Shown: positions 1 through 10,057 of the stretch, one piece after another | Position numbering within the stretch: the stretch's first letter is position 1 | Layout: each line of letters opens with the position of its first letter | Source of the DNA: Octopus bimaculoides | Taxonomy: Eukaryota | NCBI RefSeq assembly: GCF_001194135.2 | Contig: NC_068992.1 | Span: 59,564,520-59,623,808 of the forward strand | DNA: 59,289 bases | Direction of reading: 5' to 3' | The notes under the pieces: model-generated | Told to the model about the DNA's origin: nothing | Seen by the model: only the letters and a program-made list of their open reading frames with translations | The model's database searches: none | Position numbers and translations under genes: made by a program

Positions 1-10
1 ATATATATAT

Positions 11-215
11 ACTCTTTTACTTGTTTCAGACTGCGGCTATGCTTGAGCACCACCTTTAGTCGAGCAAATCGACCCTGAGACTTATTCTTTGTAAGCCTAG
101 TACTTATTCTATCACTCTCTTTTGCCGAACCGCTAGTTGGCGGGGACATAAACACATCAGCATCAGTTGTCAAGCAATGCTAGGGGGACAAACACACACA
201 CACAAACACACACAC
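11..215 (-). mobile_element. SINE family B, 3' half
   Basis: Reverse complement of the 3' half of the full copy at 13757-14130; ends at an internal (CA)n tract. Confidence 0.8.
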
Positions 216-1867
216 AAGCAACTTTGCGAGTGCTGGTGCCAAACAAAAAAGAAAAAAAAAATGTACTAAGTACATTCTGTAAATGTCTAGGATTAGGAAA
301 GACATTCAGGTATAGAAAACTATGCACGCCCCAATAGATATCGGGGCCAAGACACGGCCCTCCAACCTGTTGAACTCTGTCGAAATGGTCTATTCATCCG
401 AGCATGGAATGCGGATATAAAATAACGACGACGACGACTACGATTATGATGATGATGATAGTGATATATATATATATATATATATATATAATGTAAATAT
501 ACATATACAAACACACATCCACAATAGAAAATTTATGCGAGGAAAATATCAAAGTCAGAAGAAATATATACGATAAAGTGCTTAATGACTAAGATAGAAC
601 GGTAGTGGGTGTGATGGTGGTGGTGATAATGCTTGTATTTAATTGTGGTGATGATAGTAATGATGGTGGTGTTAGTACCACTGGTTGTGATGGTGATGTA
701 CCTGTGTTTCGCAATATGAAATAAAATTAATATTCCTCATGAAATGGAAGATTAAAATAGGAGAGGTGGAGTGAGGTCATAACGATAAACAAGACCAGTC
801 TTAAAGAGATAGAATATAAGGACAATCTTAAATATGAAAGCACGAAAGGTTGTTAGGATATTAAGAGATGTGTTAAAGATAAATGAAGACGGTATTGAAT
901 TAATACGGTGTAAAATCTTAGTGAAAGAAAGGCAAGGAAATCAAAGGACATACAGATGCGTTATTTTTATTTATTTTTAAAGTAAGTCTGTTCAATAAAA
1001 CTTGTTATCGATAACGAAGTGAGCAGATTGTATTTGATTAATTGTTCCGAGTGAACTTTCTAGAAAATAAACTCGAACATACAAAAATCAAAAGCAAAAA
1101 TTATGTGAGACACTAAATTTTATTTAAAAAGACATATATCATTTGATGTCTGCTTGTGTACTGAAGTAATTCCAGACGACAGGCAGCAAAAGAAGACAGA
1201 CGAAGAAGGATGGAGAAGAAACCGGAAGAGAAGAAAAATAATATAATAACTTTAACACAGCTGAAAAGATAAACATAAATGACTTAAAAAGAAAGCCAGA
1301 CAATTATGACGAAGAAAAAGAAGGACGAGGAGGAGAAGAAGGGGAGAAGGTGGAGGAAGAGATGGGAAGGAGATAGAGGAGGAGGAAGTAATCTATACCC
1401 GAGCAAAAATGTTTCTAAAATTGTACATAACAACATCCACGTTTCTACATTATCTGGGCGGTAGTAATATAAAATTTGTCGGATAAACATGGTGTGCGGC
1501 TTCTAGCACTATCCACGATATTTTAAGTTATGGTAACATATTTGATTCCAATGTCTTTAACTTTCGAGATATCCTGAGATGGAGAGGTGAAATTTGTCCT
1601 GCCTCACAACATATACTTACTGACAGACTAGATGACTCGATGTTATTTCCCACTTTTAACGCTTGCCTGAAAGCACATAAGAAAAAACGACTAGTGGTAA
1701 CATGTACAACATCATTAATGCAGAAACAAAAACACTAGTCTCTCACCATACGTACACGGTTCACCTTTCGTTTTCTACACCTACTACAGACTGCTTGAAG
1801 CTTACAAACTTTCAGCACTTGAATCCTTGGATCCTACCCTTATACATACATACATACATACATACAT

Positions 1868-2165
1868 AGGGGGAGAATGTACGAAAAAACAACAACAGAC
1901 GAGGATAGGTGGTGTAAATAACAAAAAGGATGTATTAGTATGACGCTCGGGAATACGGAAAGTCTTTGACGTTTCGAGCTACGCTCTTCAACAGAAAGAA
2001 TACGGAGACAAGGAGAAAAACACGGAGAAAAAAAACTGAATAGTGTTCAGTCAACGGTCAATCATAATAATGGCTAATAATGGCTGACCGGAAGTTAGAA
2101 ATTCTTTTTTCAGGAGAGCTAAGAAAAGGGGGAGATAACAAACGGTGATCGAAGAACGAGGGGCT
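1868..2165 (-). mobile_element. Short dispersed repeat carrying a hammerhead-like motif (possibly Penelope-derived or retrozyme-like)
   Basis: 1868-1979 is the reverse complement of 12863-12970. Contains TCTTT-CTGTTGA-A-GAGC-GTA-GCTC-GAAAC-GTC-AAAGA on the minus strand. Confidence 0.55.
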
Positions 2166-2624
2166 ATATANNNNNNNNNNNNNNNNNNNNNNNNNNNNNN
2201 NNNNNNNNNNNNNNNNNNNNNNNNNNNNNNNNNNNNNNNNNNNNNNNNNNNNNNNNNNNNNNNNNNNNNNNNNNNNNNNNNNNNNNNNNNNNNNNNNNNN
2301 NNNNNNNNNNNNNNNNNNNNNNNNNNNNNNNNNNNNNNNNNNNNNNNNNNNNNNNNNNNNNNNNNNNNNNNNNNNNNNNNNNNNNNNNNNNNNNNNNNNN
2401 NNNNNNNNNNNNNNNNNNNNNNNNNNNNNNNNNNNNNNNNNNNNNNNNNNNNNNNNNNNNNNNNNNNNNNNNNNNNNNNNNNNNNNNNNNNNNNNNNNNN
2501 NNNNNNNNNNNNNNNNNNNNNNNNNNNNNNNNNNNNNNNNNNNNNNNNNNNNNNNNNNNNNNNNNNNNNNNNNNNNNNNNNNNNNNNNNNNNNNNNNNNN
2601 NNNNNNNNNNNNNNNNNNNNNNNN

Positions 2625-2662
<38 letters not shown>

Positions 2663-3204
2663 GGCAAATAAGAAAATGGAGAGGATACAAAAACGACATA
2701 CATCAGCCGGTAGACATTCTAGTATGTCTGTTTATTCCAAAGTATTAGAAAGTATTAGAAGAATAGTTGGTAGGTTTCCCAACCTCTAACTCACACAGAA
2801 ATATATATATATATTTGAAGGACCTATTCGGGGAAATAGGGATATTACCGTTACAGTTTCGATTCAATGAATTGCCAGTTGTGATGGTATTTGATGACAA
2901 AGTGGAATATCGAATATAAAGGAAAGAAAGTGAAATATTTAAAATTTTAGAATTAGGACTTTAAAAAACAAATGATGGAGAAAAAAAATAATGAACTGTG
3001 TGATACATAAACAGCAAAATGGAACTGCCTGCTTGTGTGTGTATGTGTGTGTGTGGTGGTGGTGGTGGGGGGCAGGTAAGTAATTTCATCTAACTTATCA
3101 TTTATTCATAATTTCATCCGTTATATGTTTTGTGTATCCCGCTGTATTGTTTTTCTGTCTTTGTATTGTCCAACCTTTATAAGAGGCCTTGTGCCTAATA
3201 AAAT

Positions 3205-3268
3205 AAATCAGGACGTTGGTGTTGCCTTGGTGGAGGTTTGCACTCTCTGAATGCTCTTATTATTATTT
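3205..3268 (-). repeat. Unclassified interspersed repeat
   Basis: Reverse-complement match to 40421-40475 (AAGAGCACTCAGAGAGCGCAAACCTCCGCCAA.GCAACACCAACGTCC). Confidence 0.6.
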
Positions 3269-4290
3269 CTTGTCAATATCAAATCTTACCCCCATCTATA
3301 TTTTTTTAAATAAAAGAAGGTATTTGGGAATTTCAGATTGTTTGTTAATCAAGACTGAATTAATAACACAAGAATAACAGTTCGAGTTTTTAATTTGTCT
3401 TTTATTCTTCAAATTTTGAGGCTAATTTTTTTATCAAAATTAGGCGAAATACATTTGGATATTCTGAATATATAACTGTTGAAAAAGAAATCGTAAAATA
3501 TATAGGAACAAAAAATTGAAACGAAAATTGAGGTAGAAAAACAAATTCTTTAAGACTAGAGACTACAACTATTTGTTTTACATAAATTAAGGAAGTGTTC
3601 TTCGTTGATTTAATTTTTGTCACTTAAAAAAATATTGAAATATTGCATTTTGGACACCCACACTTTGTTAACCAGGTGTTGTTGTTTATCAGGATGTGTT
3701 TCAAATTAAGAAAACAACTTTGGAGACGAGTCAACGATGGAGCCTCTATACAGTCACTCGACCTGCTAGAAATATCAACCAAGTCTCCAATCTAGTTCAA
3801 AAAGAGGCACACTGGATGTATAGTCCAGAGTATACTTCAAGAACTTCTGCAGAGGAGTGACTGGGAAAAGTTGTTTTTTTTTGTGCGATATTTGGGTGGA
3901 GACAGGGGTGGAATCAGACCCAGTAAAGATAAGAAAAAGGAGAGACAAGTATACTGGGTGGTGGATATGGGTGGAAGGGTCATTCTGTTGGCTAGTCAGT
4001 CAAATATTTTTGGTTTTGGATGCATACTTAAGGTGTTTCGGATTTGCGTGGACAGCGTCGTCCTAAATATGTGAAGAATATTTCAACTCATGCTACACCT
4101 CAGTTTTGAAGAAATCAGTTAATGATGCAAGTTGAATGATTTATGTTAGGAAAGGAAAACCTAAATTTTTTAATGTAGTTTTTATCAATGTTGCTGTATA
4201 TAATATTTTCAGCGGTTTTTTTCTATCATCATATAATCTTATATCGTTTTATAAACTCTTTTATTGACAGCTCACTCATCATAATTATTG

Positions 4291-4502
4291 GTTTCAAATT
4301 TTTGCACAAGGCCAGCAATTTCGTGGGAAAGGGTAAATCGATTAGATCAACCCCAGTGCTCAACTGGTACTTATTTTATCAATCCCGAAAGAATGGAAGG
4401 CAAAGTGGACCTCGGAGGAATTTGAACCGTGAACGTAAGGACAGACAAAATGCCGCTAAGCATTTTGTTCGGTGCAGTAACGATTCTGCCTGCTCGCCGC
4501 CT
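4291..4502 (-). mobile_element. SINE family A (tRNA-derived)
   Basis: Head resembling GGCGAGCTGGCAGAATCGTT with a GTTCAAATTCC B-box and core CTTTCATCCTTTCGGGGTCGATAAAATAAGTACCAG; more than 15 copies in the window. Confidence 0.85.
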
Positions 4503-4649
4503 TATTCAGTTACCATAATCATTGGCATCTGTTCTTATAATAATTTTTTTTACTATAAACTCGTAGCATTTTCTTTAAATTTTTAATCAATTATTTTATT
4601 GCCATCCTTTGCTATCTTAAATATTTTTGTGGCATTAATACCACTCCCC

Positions 4650-5400
4650 CTTTCTCTTAACCCTTTGCCCAAGATATTATGCTGTTCCTCTGAAAGCAAG
4701 ATGTGATCTAAGACTGTTTCTTCGATATTTATATACCATCTATGTATTGATTCTGTTGAGTAATGCCGTTTCAAAGTCTCTGTACATGGAAACAATGAAT
4801 GTTTAGAGTAAGATTGTTTAGGTTTTAGGTTTGATTACACTTATGTTCGGAAGTTTTAGGGGAAGTAAACAGCGGCAGTATCTGCGTAGAGGTGTATATT
4901 GCTAAAAGTGGTAATTATTGTGCAGAAAGAAGGGTGTTGGAGACATAAAAAAACCTTGAGATACACTGAAGTCGTAAGCATAGTAACTAAAAAGAGTATT
5001 GTTACTAATTCAAGAGATAAGAAACATTGCTTTCATAGAAGACCTTAGCATGAAGGTTCCTGAGCTAGGCATAAGTAAAAGGCAATAATTATCGCATTCG
5101 TAAAAGTTCTCAAAAGGTAAAACTTTGATAAATGACATAGAGAAGTAAGGTCTTAGATCTAGCTGTACGGAAACTGCAGTGATGGTTACTAAATGGAAAG
5201 AAAAACTCGAGATGATGAAGGAAATGGTATTCTTTGGGGTCGTTTCAATCACCTTTAAGATGTTAGTAGGACAATAATTAGACAATTGGTATAGCAGAAG
5301 GGTATTACTTTTTGGGAATGGGATACACTGCAGTCTGCTTCCACACAGTTGGCGAAGAGCAGTTTCGTACTTGTGTGTTCATGGATCTTGATAAGGCTAA
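4650..5400 (-). mobile_element. Degenerate reverse transcriptase fragment of an APE-type LINE (CR1/L2/Jockey group)
   Basis: Minus-strand translation across frameshifts gives WKQTAVYPIPK...SNYCP..LKVIE, then SVSQGFFMSPTPFFLH and IHLYAD (PQG and YADD motifs). Confidence 0.7.
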
Positions 5401-5966
5401 AGTGGACGAGAAAGAGTGTCGGGAAAGAAATTGTTGTAAATAAACGGGTTCTCCATCACTTTTGACGGTGATGTGTGTTCCAATTGTTTTTTTTTTCAGT
5501 GCAGCTACTTACTCATTAAATTATAGTTTAATGCTGGGTATTCCGCAGACACTGGTACATTTAAAGTATTCCTTAGACGTACTCAGTACATGACAAAGAT
5601 TACTCTTTGAATTACAGGTATAATCTACACAAGCATATTTCCTCAACACTAGCATTCACACACACATACATATGTACATCTAAATACGTACATATATTAC
5701 ATTTACTCTGTGTGTGTATGTATAAACAGATGAATAGGCAGATTATACATATCTACTTTGCATAATATATTCGTGATTCTTCCATTCTGTTCTGCATTAT
5801 TTCTATAGACGCTGTAACAGTTTTAGATAATTCAATTAATTTTGAATTTCTTATTGAGATTCTTTGAAAAATACCTCGTTATTTTCCCCCCTCTTCTCTC
5901 GATGAGATGGGTTATGTACTTTGAAGTACATGTGTATCTATTTATCTACAAAAATATAGTGTTTCT

Positions 5967-6097
5967 TCTATAGTCGAACTGGCCTTTCTATAGATTCGCC
6001 AATATCTCTACAGGTCGCCTGCTGGCTACTATAGATAAACTCCGTTCTTCTATCGACACGCCGGTCTCCTCTATAGGCCGACTGCCCTTTTCTAACC
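5967..6097. repeat. Degenerate 20-21 bp periodic array anchored on TCTATAG, in the presumed Amt 3' UTR
   Basis: Anchor variants start at 5967, 5987, 6007, 6028, 6049, 6070 and 6091. Confidence 0.7.
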
Positions 6098-6150
6098 TCA
6101 TTACTTTCTAGACTGTACTCCAGTCATGTTCAGTGAACTCGTCTGACCGA

Positions 6151-6774
6151 CTAGAGTTTAGTATTCTTGGAATAAGTCTCAAACAAAGGATTTGTGTAAG
6201 TCTGTAACACTGAACCAACTCTGGTCGGCATACCCCCCAACTCTGAGTCGTTTGATTGACGGTTCATTTCATTTTCTACTGTAAATACTGAATACTTGTC
6301 TAGTGCACTATTTCCAGCTGTCAGTGTATTTGGCATGTTATCTGATTGTTCTTGAACATCATTGTTGTTATCGACCGAATAATTGTCTACGCCTAACGTA
6401 TTGGTTGACGTAGATTGACTGCTTATTACTGAAGAGCGTCGTCTCCGCACAGATTTGGGCTTCAGTACATTACGATAACCTATCAAAGTCCCTAAAAAAG
6501 ATTTACGATAGCTTTTCAGTCGAGGTGAACGTGTTTTAGTTGATGGTACTATGCTTGTTTTTCTTTCACATACTGGTTTAGCTGAGAAATAAACACGACT
6601 CCGCTGTGGCTGAGGGCACCAGTTTCTCAAGTGCCTTTCATTGGTACGTTTTTTCTTTTCTTTTCTTTTTTTCTTTTCTTTTTCATCTTCTTCTTTAGTC
6701 TCCTCGTCTTCATCTGAATCGTCACTTTCACTTCCGTTTTGGATTTCGGCAGGTTGTTCATTCAAGTTTATTAG
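6151..6774 (-). CDS. Amt: Probable terminal coding exon of Amt (LINLNEQPAEIQNGSESDDSDEDEE...NPLFETYSKNTKL*), cytoplasmic tail
   Basis: 624 bp open frame from acceptor TTTCTAATTTCAG to TAG, non-repetitive, on the same strand and downstream of the 9210-9331 exon. Assignment to Amt is positional because the linking exon is not visible. Confidence 0.7.
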   Translation of the reverse strand, partial: LINLNEQPAEIQNGSESDDSDEDEETKEEDEKEKKKRKEKKKRTNERHLRNWCPQPQRSRVYFSAKPVCERKTSIVPSTKTRSPRLKSYRKSFLGTLIGYRNVLKPKSVRRRRSSVISSQSTSTNTLGVDNYSVDNNNDVQEQSDNMPNTLTAGNSALDKYSVFTVENEMNRQSNDSELGGMPTRVGSVLQTYTNPLFETYSKNTKL

Positions 6775-6809
6775 CTGAAATTAGAAACAGATTTTAATTA
6801 TTTCCAAGG

Positions 6810-7080
6810 CAAATGCATAACTGTGTAGGTAAGAAGCTTGTTTTACATCCACGTGGTGTCAGGTTCAGTCCCACTGCGTGGCACCTTGGGCAAGTGATTA
6901 TAACACCAGGCTGACCAATGCCCTGGGAGTGGATTTGATACACAGAAACTGTGTGGAAGCTTGTCGCATATATGCGAATGTATATGTATGTATATACGCG
7001 TATATGTATGTATGTATGTGTGTGTGTGTGCATGTGTGTATGTGTATGTATGTGTATGCCTGTGTGTGTGTGTGTGTGTT
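6810..7080 (+). mobile_element. SINE family B, 5' half plus internal microsatellite
   Basis: Contains GGTTCAGTCCCACTGCGTGGCACCTTGGGCAAGTG, followed by (AT/GT)n. Confidence 0.8.
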
Positions 7081-7085
7081 TGTGT

Positions 7086-7486
7086 TAAGTCGATTGCATC
7101 GATCCCACTGCTCAACTGGTACTTATTTTATCGACCTCGGTGGCATTTGAACTCAGAACGTAAAGCCGAACGAAATGTTGCCAAGCATTTTGTCCGGCGC
7201 GGTAACGATTCTGCCAGCTCGCTGCCTTTAAATATTGATTTCAAATTTTGGCACAAAGTCAGCAAGCTGGAGTGTGTGTGTGTGTGGGTGTGTGTGTGTG
7301 TGTGTGGAGAAGTTTAAGCCCATTACATCAACCCCAGCGCTCAATTGATACTTATTTTATCGACCCCAAAAGAAAGGATGGCAAGCAAAGTCTACCTCGG
7401 TGGCATTTGAACTCAGAACGTAAAGACGGACGACAGGTTACTAAGCATTTTGTCCGGTGTTCTAACGATTCTGCCAGCTCACTGCC
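7086..7486 (-). mobile_element. Two tandem SINE family A copies
   Basis: The same head and core occur twice (7086-7226 and 7237-7486). Confidence 0.85.
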
Positions 7487-8960
7487 TTTCGTCGCCTTAC
7501 TATAGTATGAAATAAAATAAATACGGTGCATAAGATTGAATGAATCTCCTCAGAGCAACGTGGATATTCTCCAGTACATAATTAACTAAAGTAAGAAATC
7601 TCCGATTTCCTGTGTCAATGAATACTCCCGTTTCCTTTAGAAACATCATGGTTCTTGTTTCTCCAGGAAATTTTCCCACCTTCTTTAGAAATGTCAACAT
7701 TCACGTCTCCATACGATGTTCGAACTTATCTAGATTAATCAATTCATATTTACACAGATTGAAATTACCATATCTCTCGCCAAAGCCCCTCAAAACCTCC
7801 CAAGTTTCCAAAGCCCCCTAAGCTCCAAAAAACTTTGCTCTGGTCATAGAAAACTTACCTTTNNNNNNNNNNNNNNNNNNNNNNNNNNNNNNNNNNNNNN
7901 NNNNNNNNNNNNNNNNNNNNNNNNNNNNNNNNNNNNNNNNNNNNNNNNNNNNNNNNNNNNNNNNNNNNNNNNNNNNNNNNNNNNNNNNNNNNNNNNNNNN
8001 NNNNNNNNNNNNNNNNNNNNNNNNNNNNNNNNNNNNNNNNNNNNNNNNNNNNNNNNNNNNNNNNNNNNNNNNNNNNNNNNNNNNNNNNNNNNNNNNNNNN
8101 NNNNNNNNNNNNNNNNNNNNNNNNNNNNNNNNNNNNNNNNNNNNNNNNNNNNNNNNNNNNNNNNNNNNNNNNNNNNNNNNNNNNNNNNNNNNNNNNNNNN
8201 NNNNNNNNNNNNNNNNNNNNNNNNNNNNNNNNNNNNNNNNNNNNNNNNNNNNNNNNNNNNNNNNNNNNNNNNNNNNNNNNNNNNNNNNNNNNNNNNNNNN
8301 NNNNNNNNNNNNNNNNNNNNNNNNNNNNNNNNNNNNNNNNNNNNNNNNNNNNNNNNNNNNNNNNNNNNNNNNNNNNNNNNNNNNNNNNNNNNNNNNNNNN
8401 NNNNNNNNNNNNNNNNNNNNNNNNNNNNNNNNNNNNNNNNNNNNNNNNNNNNNNNNNNNNNNNNNNNNNNNNNNNNNNNNNNNNNNNNNNNNNNNNNNNN
8501 NNNNNNNNNNNNNNNNNNNNNNNNNNNNNNNNNNNNNNNNNNNNNNNNNNNNNNNNNNNNNNNNNNNNNNNNNNNNNNNNNNNNNNNNNNNNNNNNNNNN
8601 NNNNNNNNNNNNNNNNNNNNNNNNNNNNNNNNNNNNNNNNNNNNNNNNNNNNNNNNNNNNNNNNNNNNNNNNNNNNNNNNNNNNNNNNNNNNNNNNNNNN
8701 NNNNNNNNNNNNNNNNNNNNNNNNNNNNNNNNNNNNNNNNNNNNNNNNNNNNNNNNNNNNNNNNNNNNNNNNNNNNNNNNNNNNNNNNNNNNNNNNNNNN
8801 NNNNNNNNNAGTACTTAGAGCAGTGGTTCTCAACCATTTTAATATCCGGGCCAGATCCCAAATGTGGAGTTTTGTTTTTAGTGGGGCTGTACCAAAAAGA
8901 ATAAAGAGAAATTGATTAAATGGTTCTACCGGCTCGCTAACTTAACGTAAATAGATATTT

Positions 8961-9174
8961 GCTTCAAATTTTAGCACAAGGCCAGCAATTTTTGGGACAA
9001 AGGTAAGTCGATTACATCAACTGGTAATCTGCTCAACTGGTACTTATTTTATCGATCCAGAAAGAATGAAAGGAAAAGTCGACTGTCGCAGAGTTTGGAA
9101 TGAAAACATCAAGACGGACGAAATATCGTTAAGCATTTCATCCGGCGTGCTAACGATTCTGCCAACTGCACACC
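8961..9174 (-). mobile_element. SINE family A
   Basis: Family A head and core, ending about 35 bp from the Amt exon donor. Confidence 0.8.
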
Positions 9175-9209
9175 TTAATTTCTGTAAAGATATTTATGTA
9201 TTTACTTAC

Positions 9210-9331
9210 CCAAAACAAGCCATCTTCCACATCAAATTTAGCATCATTATGTTTAATGATATCTTCACGACTAAACAATCCAACAGAAAGGAGACTCCAA
9301 ACTCCGTTGACTGCATGGACACTGAAACAAC
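9210..9331 (-). CDS. Amt: Ammonium transporter, internal exon (GCFSVHAVNGVWSLLSVGLFSREDIIKHNDAKFDVEDGLFW)
   Basis: Matches the TM10 region after DDPV: second twin-His (VHxxxGxW), then VGLF...GLF. Acceptor TTTGTTTCCAG, donor GTAAGT. 122 bp, phase 1 to phase 0. Confidence 0.92.
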
Positions 9332-9514
9332 CTGGAAACAAACATCTTTCTCATGATTTGCTCTGCCATAGGGGTTTTTCACATTCGTTTCTGTCACTCT
9401 GTCATTCTCACATCTCAAGACTACTTCTACCATAAAATCCTTCGTAATAAGGGAGGGCTCACGATGATCGTTTTTTTTTCTGTTGGATATGTTTTTATTG
9501 GTTTATGTTTTATC

Positions 9515-9784
9515 TTGTACTTGTTTCAGTCATTGGACTACGGCCATGTTGGGAAACCGATTTGAACGGTTTTAGTCGAGTAGATCGAACCCAGTACTTT
9601 TCTTTAAAGCCTGCTACTTATTCTATTGGTCATTTGTCGAACTTCTAACTTACGGGATTGTAAACTAACAAACACCTGTTGTCAAGCGGGAGGGAGACAG
9701 ATACAGGTACACATACGCACACACACACGCAGTCACACACACACACACGCACACACACGCACATACACGCACACACACACACGC

Positions 9785-9838
<54 letters not shown>
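9515..9838 (-). mobile_element. SINE family B, 3' half plus (CA)n
   Basis: Matches 11-215. Confidence 0.75.
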
Positions 9839-9924
9839 ATAGTCTATACTAGTGCCTTCTGGAGCCACCAAGCGAGTCGGGCAACACAATTCTTACACAA
9901 CTGCACAATTGCACAAGCATTGTT

Positions 9925-10057
9925 GATGCTGTGACTCTGAGCCAGATGTTGTGACTCTGAGCCAGATGTTGTGACTCTGAGCCAGATGTTGTGACTTTGA
10001 GCCAGATGTTGTGACTCTGAGCCAGATGTTGTGACTCTGAGCCAGATGTTGTGACTG
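9925..10057. repeat. 20-bp minisatellite (GTGACTCTGAGCCAGATGTT) x6 plus partial copy
   Basis: Units start at 9931, 9951, 9971, 9991 (one C>T change), 10011 and 10031, with a partial unit at 10051. Confidence 0.95.

Noticed and set aside
7818-8861. Long ORFs made mostly of X (also at 2058, 17553, 31065, 35333, 43884, 48134, 54821, 58067)
   Set aside because: They stay open only because N gaps contain no stop codons.
9925-10057. CRISPR array (also considered for 5967-6097 and 41605-42050)
   Set aside because: Eukaryotic context, no cas genes, and no conserved repeat-plus-unique-spacer structure of CRISPR dimensions.
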